From: Octopus vulgaris
Lineage: Eukaryota
Direction: 5' to 3'
Assembly: GCA_951406725.2 (NCBI GenBank)
Contig: OX597838.1
Span: 33,728,001 to 33,792,000 of the forward strand
Length of the DNA: 64,000 nucleotides
Shown: positions 42,151-55,064 of the stretch, piece by piece
Numbering within the stretch: position 1 is the stretch's first letter
How the letters are laid out: the number at the start of each line of letters is the position of its first letter
Position numbers and translations under genes: made by a program
The notes under the pieces: generated by a model
Databases searched by the model: none
What the model was told of the DNA's origin: nothing
What the model saw: only the letters and a program-made list of their open reading frames with translations

Positions 42151-42720
42151 GGTAAGAAGCTTGCTTCCTGACGTTGTGGTTTTGAGTTCAGTTCCACTGT
42201 GGACAGGTGTCTTTTTCTATAGCTCAGGCCGACTAAAGCCTGGAGCTATAGCTGTGTGTGTGTGTGTGTGTGTGAGCGTTCTTTGTCCCCGGCTACTGCT
42301 TGACAACCGGTGCTGGTTTGTTTATATCTCTGTAACTTAGCGGTTACAGATAGAATAAGTACCAGGCTGCAAAAAAAAAAAAGAAAGAAAAGAAATACTG
42401 GGATCGATTTATACACGCACACACTTATATACATACACGCACACTTATACACACACACGCATATTTATATGCGCGCACACACCCACACTTATATACACAC
42501 ACACACACACTTACACACACACACACACTTACACACACACTTACACACACACCGCAGGTCCTTTTATTTATTCCTCTATTCCCTATCGTATTTCATCCCG
42601 TTTCAATTTCATTCATGGAGGAATTTACACCAACCACAGGTAAACTGCGGCCCGGCCCGGCCCGTTGGGATTTTCTGAATGTCATACGCGCCCAACGGAA
42701 AGTTAACATGAATTTATATT

Positions 42721-42831
42721 GGCGAAGGCAAAGATTACGCACACCCGGTGTTTAGGGTTTCGGGTTAGGGTTTCGGGTCAGGGTCAGGGTTATGCCGAAA
42801 ACGGGTGGTGTGCAAAATCTTTACTCGCGCC
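42721..42831. mobile_element. 111-bp Merlin-type MITE with telomere-like internal repeats
   Basis: GG...CC termini, imperfect TIRs of about 23 bp, perfect 8-bp TSD TTTATATT, and internal TTAGGG/TTCGGG/TCAGGG units. Confidence 0.75.
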
Positions 42832-43345
42832 TTTATATTGGTACTGCGGCCCCTCCTCTCGAAAAAAAAAAATTGTTGTCTGTGACTGATTGAGTCTGTT
42901 GGTGGTTTCAGACCTGCTAGAAAAAGCAGTCATTCCTGCCCATTTCTACTGTCTTTAAAGAAGGACTATTAATCCTAAATCCTCCACCATCACCATAAAA
43001 AAATGAGGGATTGGTCACGGATGGATTGCCTCTGATCATATAGGCCTACTCGATCAAGGGGGTGCTGGAGCTGGCTGATTTGCACCTAAATCAGCAAGAT
43101 TAAATAGCAAGAACGAAATTCAACCAGCCTCGACATGTTTCGACAAGCAGCAACCTCCAAATGTTGATTCGCCTCCACCACCATCGCCGCTACCACCGCT
43201 CTCACACCACCAGTGCCATCGCCACTATCACCACCATCGCCTTCACCTCTATAACCTCCACAGCCGACATCACCCTTTGTGATGTTATTCTTCCTTGCAC
43301 CTTTATTATTATTGTTATAATAATAATAATGATAATAATAATAAA

Positions 43346-43900
43346 TGCCCTGATGCAGTACCAGGCAGTGGCTCTCATGGCTTCTGATCTTAACTGATTG
43401 GAAGTGTTATCATGTACATTGTTTTGTCTTGGTATAAAAGATGGGCTACAGCAAATATTCTGCTCAATACCACAGATTTGCTTGTCAGTTGTTTGACCTT
43501 AACCAGTTGAGCATGTCCCTTAGTGGCTGACGATATGTGCATCTCTGATCACGAGCAGAAGTAGTGGCGGAGCATCATAGCCATGTGTTGAAAGGGATTC
43601 TTTGGGGTTTGGATAATTCACCCCTGGAAACATGGGTGTTTCGTTCAACATCCTTACACAACCCTTCTTCAGGGACCTTTTGAGCAGGATGGGTTACTCG
43701 ACCAGAAGAAAATTCTAACTGGGCCCCACCTGCAAGGTCATGCACTGTTTATCTTGATATGAGATCCCCATGTCGCGCACATTAGGTTGTGATGCATGTG
43801 CCTTGTGTACCCTTATCAGACGGGTAGTCATGATGGGTATACTGGGCTTCGTAAATTTTACCCCAGTGTCACTTTGATGGCATGCACTGCTCTCTCACTT
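43346..43900 (+). mobile_element. About 555-bp non-coding interspersed element inserted in (TAA)n
   Basis: Three homologous copies in the window, all abutting TAA/TTA repeats. No ORF and no TIR. Confidence 0.75.
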
Positions 43901-46264
43901 AATAATGATAAGTGTGCGCAGGAGTGGCTGTGTGGTAAGTAGCTTGCTTACCAACCACATGGTTCCGGGTTCAGTCCTACTGCGTGGTACCTTGGGCAAG
44001 TGTCTTTTACTATAGCCGAACAAAGCCTTGTGAGTGGATTTGGTAGACGGAAACTGAAAAGAAGCTTGTCGTATACATGTATATGTATATGTGTGTGTAT
44101 GTTTGTCCCCCCCCCAACATCGCTTGACAACTGATGCTGGTGTGTTTACGTCCCCCGTAACTTAGCGGTTCGGCAAAAGAGACCGATAGAATAAGTACTA
44201 GGTTTACAAAGAATAAGTCCTGGGATCGATTTGCTCGACTGAAGGCGGTGCTCCAGCATGGCCGCAGTCAAATTACTGAAACAAGTAAAAGAGTAAAGAG
44301 TATTATTATTACCCCCCCCCCTTTCTTCCCCGCCGCACATCCTACTCAACACCCCACCTCCACCCACTTATTTCTCACAACAATTTGTTCTTTCTTTTAC
44401 TTTCTCTTTCCCCTCCTTCCCCCCTCCTCTTCTCTCTGTCTGTCTTTCTCTCCCGTTTTCTCTCACCTCTCTCTTTTTTGAACTTGGTTGAAGGAATGAA
44501 GTCTTCTAGCGCAAAAATATTCAAATTGTGTCGTGTAGTCTCGAAGACTGGTCAGACCTTTACGATAGAAAGGTGTTCCAGCTTTGACCATCCCGTTTTT
44601 TTAAGAGCTGTTTTGTTTTGGTGGTTATCTAGTACTTCTGTACTTTAAGGCGGTGGCGGTCATGCAGGAATATGCACGCGCGCGCGTGTGTGATTCGAAG
44701 GAGATTGGCGTCTATTTCTAGCAGGTAGGGTGATCACGTAAAAGACTCCTTCATTGGAACGTTTCGGATTGTTTTAGCAAAGCTTCTCTACTCATACCCA
44801 TCTTGTCTTTCCCCCTATATGCAAGGAACCCAGGACTTCGTTTTCCAGTGTAATTTGAGGGAGAATTGGCTGCCGTTTCTAGCAAACTAGCAACCACTTA
44901 CAAGCTCCTTTGTTGGCTCGCCTTTGTTTTTTCAGAATATCGATCGAACACACACACACACACACACACTCGTTTGCATACACACATACGCACGCATACA
45001 CACTCGTCCGCACACACGTACAAACACACAAACGTGCGCACATACACACTCTCTGACGAACACACACATACACAAAAAGCACCTTCGTCTACACACACCC
45101 ACACTCAAACGCGTATACATATTCGCACACGTGCACACAAACACAGACACATACTTTTATCTGCTCGCACATACACACACACGCACACACACAGACACAC
45201 ACACACACATACAAACACACAAATGCGAGCACATGCACATACACGTACACGCACACACACAGAAACATACCTTCGTCTGCATACGCGCACGCACACACAC
45301 ACACACACATACACACACAAACATATGTTCGTCTGTAAACACACAATGCGTGCACATACACACTCACACACATACACAAAACACAGTCTGCCTATACACA
45401 TATACACGCACGCACACACACACACACACGTAGACACAAACATACGTTCGCTTGTAAACACACGTGTGCACACACACACTCACATACACAAAACACAGTC
45501 TGCCTTTACACATGCACACACACACACAAATGTACGTATACGGAAAGCGTGTGTATAAAATTATAGAATTATTTTGTTTGTTAATTGTTTAAATTATTTT
45601 CCATTGCTTTCGTTTTTTTTACACGCGTAACAATTAAGAAAAAAAAATTTAGGGTTAGGGTTAGGGGGAGGGTGAGGGTTAGTGACAGGATGTTGTCTCA
45701 GTTTTAGACGCAGCAAATTATTTTAGCTCAATTAGAGGCGATTGATTGGTTAAAATTCGAAAAAATTAAACTACGTTAAACTTACAAATTACAATTTTCT
45801 CAAGAAAGCCAAGAGAAAAAATGTTTTATTTTGTCACATTCTACCAGTATACGAAGTTTAGAAGTGTTTAGTTAACTAGAAATTGTGTTGAAATCTGGCC
45901 TTCAAAAGGAAAAGATCCAATGATTTATTTTGTGTTTTATTTACTTTGATAGGTAGTCGTTGTAGGATCGACTAGTCACGACTAGCTAGCGCGGATGCGC
46001 GACTACACGAGTGCGCGCACCGGGGCCACTGTTCTCAAGTAGTACCGCAATGTCTCATTTTAAACTTGAAGGGGGGAAAAAAAAAAAAGCCTTACATATT
46101 TGTTCTTACCTGTTACAATTTGTGCATGTAACATCCGCAAATTTCCAAGCAGAAAACAGAATCGAACTGCCGTTTGCTTCTACGGAAATACCCGAAGTAT
46201 TCACCCGAATCTTAATATATTATATATACACCTGAATCTTAATATATTATATATACACAGGTAA

Positions 46265-46684
46265 GGCGGCGAGCTGGCAGAAACATTAGCACGCCGGGCG
46301 AAATGCGTAGCCGTATTTCGTCTGCCGTTACGTTCTGAGTTCAAATTCCGCCGAGGTCGACTTTGCCTTTCATCCTTTCGGGGTTGATAAATTAAGTACC
46401 AGTTACATACTGGAGATCGATGTAATCGACTTAATCCATTTGTCTGTCCTTGTTTGTCCCCTCTGTGTTTAGCCCCTTGTGGGTAGTAAAGAAATAGGTA
46501 TTTCGTCTGCCGCTACGTTCTGAGTTCAAATTCCGCCGAGGTCGACTTTGCCTTTCATCCTTTCGGGGTCGATAAATTAAGTACCAGTTACATACTGGGG
46601 GTTCGATGTAATCGACTTAATCCATTTGTCTGTCCTTGTTTGTCCCCTCTATGTTTAGCCCCTTGTGGGTAGTAAAGAAATAGG
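46265..46684 (+). mobile_element. SINE family 2 with a Nin/Deu-like core (internally duplicated copy)
   Basis: GGCGGCGAGCTGGCAGAA head and GCCTTTCATCCTTTCGGGGTCGATAAATTAAGTACCAG core. Other copies at about 1627-1846, 7034-7630, 16497-16708, 24877-25100, 26878-27084(-), 33262-33489(-), 49757-49967(-), 56073-56482. Confidence 0.85.
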
Positions 46685-47604
46685 AAAATACCTGAAGTGA
46701 AACAGTTTGATTTTGTCGATTTATATCGAAGGAATGCCCTGCTTTTCTACATAAAATATGAAAATTTGCATGCTACATTAAATGCATTCATGTACATTAA
46801 TGAGCAGTTTGTAAACACTCTCCCAGCTACTTATATGCATGTTGTCTACACGTGGCTTGTTGTTTCAATTTCAGCTTATTGGCTGAACGTAATTTTCTTC
46901 AGAAAACTGTTCGCCATACGATTTGTTCATTAAGCGTATCATTCGTATATCTGCTCTCCCAGCGCTTATTATACGCACGTGTAATCTATTCATGGTTTGT
47001 TGTTGCTCAAATTTCAGCTTGTTAAGCAAATGGGCTACCATTTATTTATGCCTGTGTGTGATCTATGTGTGTAGTTTACTCTTTTCTCTCTTTTACTTGT
47101 TTCAGTCATTTGACTGCGGCCATGCTGGAGCACCGCCTTTTTTAATCGAGCAACTCGACCCCGGGACTTATTCTTTTGTAAGCCCCAGTACTTATTCTAT
47201 CGGTCTCTGTTGCCGAACCGCTAAGTAACGGGGACATAAACACACCAGCATCGGCTGTCAAGCAATGCTAGGGGGACAAACACAGACACACAAACACACA
47301 CACATATATATACATATACATATATACGACGGGCTTCTTTCAGTTTCCGTCTACCAAATCCACTCACAAGTCTTTGGTTGGCCCGAGGCTATAGTAGAAG
47401 ACACTTGCCCAAGATGCCATGCACTGGGACTGAACCCGGAACCATGTGGTTAGTAAGCAAGCTACTTACCACACAGCCACTCCTGGTGATTCTGTCAGTG
47501 ATAGTGTCACATAAAAAGCACCCAATACACCCTGTAAAGTGGTTGGCATTAGGAAAGACATCCAACCATAAAATCCTTGCCGAAACAGACAATGGAACCT
47601 GTTA

Positions 47605-47807
47605 CAGCTCTTGGTCCTTACCAGCTTCTGGCCTTACCAGCTCTTGGTCCTTACCAGCTTCTGGCCTTACCAGCTTCTGGCCTTACCAGCTTCTGGCCTT
47701 ACCAGCTCTTGGTCCTTACCAGCTTCTGGCCTTACCAGCTCTTGGTCCTTACCAGCTTCTGGTCTTACCAGCTCTTGGTCCTTACCAGCTTCTGACCTTA
47801 CCAGCTC
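47605..47807 (+). repeat. 16/17-bp minisatellite (CCTTACCAGCTTCTGG / CCTTACCAGCTCTTGGT) expanded inside a family-3 SINE
   Basis: Direct inspection, with SINE sequence on both sides. Confidence 0.92.
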
Positions 47808-48135
47808 CTGTCAGACTGTCTAACCCATGCCAGCATGGAAAACAGATAATGATGCTATCACTGTGTCAGCCAGATTATTAGATGTGGTTACACATTGCTG
47901 GTCACAATGTGCTTCCTCTCGTTGCCACCCTGGTGGCTAGGCAGGCTGATCAACATTCCTTATGAATGGTTATGTTGCAGGGTTATCCATTCACAGCTGA
48001 GTGGACTGGAGCAAAAGTGAAACGAAGTGTTTGTTTCTTTTAGCACAATGCACTGCAGGTCTGAGAATTGAAACCACAATCTTGCCATTGAGAGTGCAGC
48101 ACTGTAACCAATAGGCCATGCACCTTCACACACAG

Positions 48136-48177
<42 letters not shown>

Positions 48178-49389
48178 ATAAATGCATATAACTAAAATAT
48201 AATTGACTTCCAAAGCCTGCTAACATGCCATCATGTCTGTCTTTCTTTCTCCTGTGGAGGCAGAATGGCCCAGTGGTTGGGGCAGTGGACTTGCGGTTGG
48301 AGGGTTGCGGTTTTGATTCCCAGACCAGGCGTTGTGTGTGTTTATAGAGCGGAAAACACCTAAAGCTCCGTGAGGCTCCAGCAGGGGGTGGTGGTGAACC
48401 GTGCCATACACTTTCACTACAACTTTCTCTCATTCTTTCTTCCTGTTTCTGTTGTACCTGTATTTCAAAGGGCCAGCCTTGTCACACTCTGTGTCACGCT
48501 GAATCTCCTCGAGGACTACATTAAGGGTACACGTGTCTATGGAGTGCTCAGCCACTTGCATGTTAATTTCACGAGCAGGCTGTTCCCTTGATCGGATCAA
48601 CTGGAACCCTCATCGTCATAACTGACGGAGTGCCATGATATAATATATATATAGGCACAGGCATGGCTGTGTGGTAAGAAGGTTGCTTCCCAACCACATG
48701 GTTCTGGGTTCAGTCCCACTGTGTTGCACCTTGGGCAGGTGTCTTCTACTATAGCCTCAGGCCGACTAGAGCCTTCTGAGTGGATTTGGTTGACAGAAAC
48801 TGAAAGAAACCTGTCGTATATATGTGTGTGTGTGTGTGTGTGTATTTATGTGTGTCATCATCATCATCATCATCGTTTAACGTCCGCTTTCCATGCTAGC
48901 ATGGGTTGGACGGTTCAACTGGGGTCTGGGAAGCCTGAAGGCTGCACCAGGCCAGTCAGATCTGGCGGTGTTTCTACAGCTGGATGCCCTTCCTAATGCC
49001 AACCACTCCATGAGTGTAGTGGTGCTTTTTATGTGCTACCGACACAGGTGCCAGACGAGGCTGGCGAACGGCCACGCTCGGATGGTGCTTTTTACGTGCC
49101 ACCAGCACGGAGGCCAGTCAATGCGGTGCTGGCTACGGCCACGTTCGGATGGTTCTGTTATGTGCCACCGATATACATTTGTGTGTATGTGTGTCTATAT
49201 TTGTCCCCCCACTGTCACTTGGCAACTAATGCTGGTCTGTTTATGTCCCCGTAAATTAGTGATTCAGCAAAAGAGACCAATAGAATAGGTACTAGTACAA
49301 ATACTAAGCTTACAAAGAATAAGATTTGTTCAACTAAAAGCGATGCTCCAGCATGGCCACAATCAATAACTGAAACCAGTAAAAGAATC

Positions 49390-49717
49390 TCTTTCGGTTA
49401 TGAATGGCCATGGGATTCCTACATACCTAGAAAGTTCCCCTCCGAAGCACAAGTCCAAGCAAGGTTATTTATGGAAGACCAGCAGTCACCCATGCATACC
49501 AGCCTCCCTTCTCTATGCCATTGATGTTATCTAAGAGAAAGGCAAAGGGGCCGATACAGCTTGGCACCAGTGATGTCACAACTCATTTCTACAGCTGAGT
49601 GAACTGGAGCAACGTGAAAAGTAAAGTACCTTGCTCAAGAACACAACACAGTCCAGGAATTGAACTCACTTCCTTGTGATTTTGAGCCCAGTGCTCTAAC
49701 CACTGAGCCATGCGCCT
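49390..49717 (-). mobile_element. tRNA-headed SINE with a MESC/Meta-like core
   Basis: TGGCTCAGTGGTTAGAGCA...GAGTTCAATTCC...GTGTTCTTGAGCAAGG...GCTCCAGTTCACTCAGCTGTAGAAATGAGT. Similar cores at about 6700-6990 and 47990-48125. Confidence 0.6.
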
Positions 49718-50426
49718 TTACATCTATCTGTCTATGTATCTATCTACATGTATTCTTTTCTGCTCTAGGCACAAGGCACAAAATTTTGGGGAAGGGGGCC
49801 AGTCGATTAGATCAACCCCAGTATGCAACTGGTATTTAATTTATCGACCCTGAAAGGATGAAAGGCAAAGTTGACTGCGGCAAAATTTAAACTCAGAATG
49901 TAAAGACACAAAAAATACCGCTATGCATTTCGCCTGGCATTCTAATGTTTCTACCAGCTCACTGCCTTGTGTGTGTGTGTGTATATATATATGTGTGGAG
50001 GTGCAATGGCCAAGTGGTTAGGGCAGTGGACTCGCGGTTGTAGGATCGCAGTTTCGATTCCCAGACCGGGCATTGTGAGTGTTTATTGAGTGAAAACGTC
50101 TAAAGCTCCACGAGGTTCCGGCAAGGGGTAGTGGCGATCTCTACTGTACTCTTTCGCCACAACTTTACTCTCACTCTTTCTTCTTTTAGCCTGCTCGCTT
50201 AGCCAGCTCGCTTAGCCAGCGGGGTGGCGTCATTTGAGGGCTAAAACAGTCTGAAGCGCAATGTGACCAGCGATATGTAGCAACATCTGACAGCCTGGTC
50301 GGTTACGGTGATGTGTCTCACGTTTGATTTTTGACTTCTGGCCGAAATCAGATCGCCATGTTGATTCGCTAGCCTCTGCACGCATAATTTTTTTCTCTCC
50401 TTCTTTCTGTGTTTTTTCTCTGTGTA

Positions 50427-50464
50427 TCTTTCTGTTGAAGAGCATAGGCTCGAAACGTTAAAGA
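50427..50464 (+). ncRNA. Hammerhead-like motif with variant CUGUUGA core
   Basis: tcttt-CTGTTGA-a-gagc atag gctc-GAAACGTT-aaaga. Stems I and II pair. The host element ends in (TA)n. Confidence 0.5.
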
Positions 50465-50739
50465 CTTGTTTTATTTATATTTCCTGAGCGCCATACTAAT
50501 ACAATTGTTTGTTTGTATTCCACCTGCCTTCGTCTTTTGTTTATTTCTGTAAACCTGCCTTCGTCTTTTGTCTATTTTCATAAAGCTTCCCGTTATATAT
50601 ATATATATATATCTATATCTATATACATACATACATACATACACACATACATACATACATACATACATATATACATGCATGCATGCATGCATGCATACAT
50701 ACATACATACATACATACATACATACATACATACATACA

Positions 50740-50773
<34 letters not shown>

Positions 50774-51254
50774 CATACACACAGACATGTGTGTGCATGT
50801 CTTTCTGAAGTCGTGTTAGTGTTAATAGCGTCCATGGTAACAACCAATCAAATGAGATTGATCAAATGTGATCAAGTAAATGGTGGTGGTGGTGGCAGTA
50901 GAAGTAGCTGTGGCGGTAGTAGTAGCAGTGGTGGTGGTTGGTGGTGGTGGTGGTGGTGGTGGTGATGGTGTCAGTTGTAATAGTATCTGTGTTGTTTTTG
51001 TTGTTCTTGTTTAGCAGCACTTGATCAACTCTGATCTAGCAGACCAAGGTGTACCAGCCATGACCATCCCATCCTATCATTCTATGCCCCTTTTTCTTTC
51101 TTTCGCTAGTAGTGGTGGTGGTGGTGGTGTGAAATGTGCTTTACTGTAATGGTATTGATAGTTGTAACAGTAGTGTTGGTGGTAGTGGCATTAGTGGTAG
51201 TGGTAGTGATGAAAGTAATAGTGTTGGTGATAGCAACACTGGTGATTGTCGCAG

Positions 51255-52420
51255 TGGTGGTGTTGGTGGTAGTGTTGGTGGTAGTGTTGGTGGTGGTGTT
51301 GGTGGTGGTGTTGGTGGTTGTGTTGGTGGTAGTGTTGGTGGTTGTGTTGGTGGTAGTGTTGGTGGTTGTGTTGGTGGTAGTGTTGGTAGTAGTGTTGGTG
51401 GTTGTGTTGGTGGTAGTGTTGGTGGTAGTGTTGGTGGTAGTGTTGGTGGTAGTGTTGGTGGTAGTGTTGGTGGTAGTGTTGGTGGTAGTGTTGGTGGTTG
51501 TGTTGGTGGTAGTGTTGGTGGTAGTGTTGGTGGTAGTGTTAGTGGTAGTGTTGGTGGTTGTGTTGGTGGTTGTGTTGGTGGTAGTGTTGGTGGTTGTGTT
51601 GGTGGTAGTGTTGGTGGTTGTGTTGGTGGTAGTGTTGGTGGTTGTGTTGGTGGTAGTGTTGGTGGTAGTGTTGGTGGTGGTGTTGGTGGTGGTGTTGGTA
51701 GTTGTGTTGGTGGTTGTGTTGGTGGTAGTGTTGGTGGTTGTGTTGGTGGTAGTGTTGGTGGTAGTGTTGGTGGTTGTGTTGGTGGTAGTGTTGGTGTAGT
51801 GTGGTGGTGTTGGTGGTAGTGTTGGTGGTAGTGTTAGTGGTAGTGTTGGTGGTAGTATTGGTGGTAGTGTTGGTGGTAGTGTTAGTGGTAGTGTTGGTGG
51901 TTGTGTTGGTGGTGGTGTTGGTGTTGGTGGTAGTGTTGGTGGTGGTGTTGGTGGTAGTGTTGGTGGTAGTGTTGGTGGTTGTGTTGGTGGTGGTGTTGGT
52001 GTTGGTGGTTGTGTTGGTGGTAGTGTTGGTGGTAGTGTTGGTGGTTGTGTTGGTGGTAGTGTTGGTGGTAGTGTTGGTGGTAGTGTTAGTGGTAGTGTTG
52101 GTGGTAGTATTGGTGGTAGTGTTGGTGGTAGTGTTAGTGGTAGTGTTGGTGGTTGTGTTGGTGGTGGTGTTGGTGTTGGTGGTAGTGTTGGTGGTGGTGT
52201 TGGTGTGGTAGTTGGTGGTAGTGTTGGTGGTTGTGTTGGTGGTAGTGTTGGTGGTGGTGTTGGTGTTGGTGGTTGTGTTGGTGGTAGTGTTGGTGGTAGT
52301 GTTGGTGGTTGTGTTGGTAGTGGTTGTGATGGTGGTAGTGTTGGTGGTTGTGTTGGTGGTAGTGTTGGTGGTAGTGTTGGTGTTGGTGGTAGTGTTGGTG
52401 TTGGTGGTTGTGTTGGTAGT
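51255..52420. repeat. 12-bp minisatellite (GGTGGTWGTGTT)n
   Basis: Direct inspection. Explains the Val-, Gly- and Thr/Asn-repeat ORFs. Confidence 0.96.
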
Positions 52421-53759
52421 TGTCACTGGTGGTGGTGGTGCTGCTGGTGATGGTGTTAGTAATTGTCACAGTGGTGGTGGTGTTGGTGGTGGTGTTGGTG
52501 GTAGTAATTGTCACAGTGGTGGTGGTAGTGGTAGTTGTGTGAGTGGTTGCTGTGGTGGTGATGGTGCTGATAATAGTAACGACAGTAGTGGTGGTGGTGA
52601 TGGCGGCAGCGGTGGTAGCGGCAGCGGTGGTAGCGGCAGCGGTGGTAGCGGCAGCGGTGGTGGCGGCAGCGGTGGTGGTGGTAGATAATATGAAAGAAAG
52701 ATTATTACAAACAAATATACATTGATTTATTATATTCTTGCAGAACAAAAGTCTGTCTAGAGTCTCTGGTCCAACACACACACACACACACACACATGCT
52801 TACGTGTACGCACATGCTTACACACACACACACACAAATGGACATAACCAGAATGCACGTACATACATACACAAAGTGAAATGCACACACACACACACAC
52901 ATATGCAACATACACACATACACTCATGCATGCACATGCTCATACACACATATTCATATAATACACATATACTCTTATACACATACATGCACACACTCGT
53001 ATATACACACATAGCTCCCTCCCCAACACATTTACAATTGTCAAAATTCCTTATGTCTGTTGCCTTGCAAACTGATATGGGTTAGAAAGAGCTGTAAATT
53101 CATGTTCTCACTTGCATTATTGCGTTTTACATTGCCAAATGATTGATTGGTAATTTATTAGAAGGTCATAATGGAATGTCGTGAGAAAAATCACAATCTT
53201 TCATTATTTATTTTAACATATAGGCGTAGGAGTGGCTGTGTGGTAAGTAGCTTGCTTACCAACCACATGGTCCCAGGTTCAGTCCCACTGCGTGGCACCT
53301 TGGGCAAGTGTCTTCTACTATAGCCTCGGGCCGACCAAAGCCTTGTGGGTGGATTTGGTAGATGGAAACTGAAAGAAGCCCGTCGTATATATGTTTATGT
53401 ATATATATGTGTGTTTGTGTGTCTGTGTTTGTCCCCCCCCCCAACATTGCTAGACAACTGATGCTGGTGTGTTTGCGTCCCCGTAACTTAACGGTTCGGC
53501 AAAAGAGACCAATAGAATAAGTACTAGGCTTACAAAGAATAAGTCCTGGGATTGATTTGCTCGACTAAAGGCAGTGCTCTTGCATGGCCACAGTCAAATG
53601 ACTGAAACAAGTAAAAGAGTATTTCTTAACCACTTGACCACTGATTCTGCTAGAAATAGCAGCTATATCTACCTCAGGGCTACTTCTAATGTCTTAACCC
53701 TTTAGCATTCAGATTACTCTGTCAAATGTATTGCTTATTCATTCACATTGTTTTGAATT

Positions 53760-54115
53760 AGTTAGTTAGTTAGTTAATTTTTGGCTCAAAAAGCAAAAAA
53801 CAAGGCCATGTAGGGGGACATGGAGTTATGTACAGGGTGGTGTTCATGTAAAGAGTTCAGGCCATTTGTGGTCAAGGGAGACTTTGAACCGAGTGGTCGT
53901 CGGCATCTTCACCATCTCGTCCGGCAGCTTATTCCACGGATCCGCAACCCGGACGGAGAAAGCCCCTCTCCTTCGATTGAGATGAAATCGTCGCAGATAG
54001 AGCTTTTCGGAGTGACCCCACAGCCGATGCTCTGGAGCAGGAGTGAAGAACAGCTCTTTCGAGAGGTTACGCTTTCCGCTTATGATGTTGTGAGCAAGAA
54101 TGAGATCTCCACGGC
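53760..54115 (-). mobile_element. CR1-type LINE 3' fragment (family 2)
   Basis: Reverse-complement homologue of 33560-33930 with a (TAAC)n tail. Confidence 0.85.
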
Positions 54116-54274
54116 ATCGTCATTTTTCTAGAGAATAAAGGTCGAGCGTCTTCAGACTTTCTTCATAAGACAAATTCTTGAGACCAATTAATCACGCATT
54201 GTTTTGTAGTTACAAGATTTTGATGGTCTGGTTGCTTATTTTTTTACGGGGTAGATGTGAGGGGCTAGATCTAC

Positions 54275-54698
54275 ATTGAAACTCCGATGTCTGGCAGCTG
54301 ACTTGGCAGACACCCATAAAATTATTAACCATCTTACAAACAATAACTCTGAGCACCTTTTCAAACTCCACCTGTCTAACACCCGTGGACATGTTTACAA
54401 AGTCAGTAAACAGCACAGCTCCCATGACTTTCAGAAACATTTTTTCATGTTAAGAATTGCTGAAGCATGGAACAGACTGCTGGCATCAGTTGTTAATTGT
54501 TGGAGCACTGCATCCTTCGAAACGTCCATGCTTCCTGAGATTCGCCAACACTACACCTGATTTTCTCCCCTCCATACACACGCAAGCATGTATCTGACTC
54601 ATACATTGTTCGCTTTCCAGACATTTGTACATTACTGCATATGCTTCATACGCACTTTTGACAAGTTGTGGTACACCTGAGCACTGTATACAATAATT

Positions 54699-54736
<38 letters not shown>
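54275..54736 (+). mobile_element. CR1-type LINE 3' fragment (family 1)
   Basis: DLADTHKII...NTRGHVYKV...HFFMLRIAEAWN with an (ATT)n tail. Homologous to 15405-15737. Confidence 0.85.
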
Positions 54737-54737
<1 letters not shown>

Positions 54738-55032
54738 CATTTTTGACTTTTGCTTTATATTTGTACTAGTTGGCTCCAAGTCTCACCCAGAGACCTCAAG
54801 AGACAACAGGTTGGAAGTTCATGTTGTTGCCATGCCTAGTGTGCCATATATTTGGGGCTTTTTTGGTGTTGTACTAGTGAATGCCCCCCCCCCAAAAAAC
54901 CGAAAATTATGTTTGTTTTAAACCCTGAGATTACATAGAAAGTATTTTGCGTAGGATATGAGCAGTTCCCATGAGCACTATCTTTTGAATTTCTGCCATT
55001 TTTGGGTTTCCTGGTATCTGAGTTAGGTAGCA
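54737..55032 (-). mobile_element. Short 3' fragment of an R4/Dong-like LINE
   Basis: EIQKIVLMGTAHILRKILSM* matches the C-terminus of the 11088-11450 ORF (IQKIALLGTAHILCKTLSIQ). (TAA)n tail. Confidence 0.75.
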
Positions 55033-55064
55033 ATCATCATCTTCATTATTATTATTATTATTAT

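Noticed and set aside
51134-52793. Gly-rich, Val/Leu-rich and Thr/Asn-rich ORFs resembling structural or mucin proteins
   Set aside because: A 12-bp minisatellite open in several frames on both strands, with frame-breaking indels and no unique domain or splice context.
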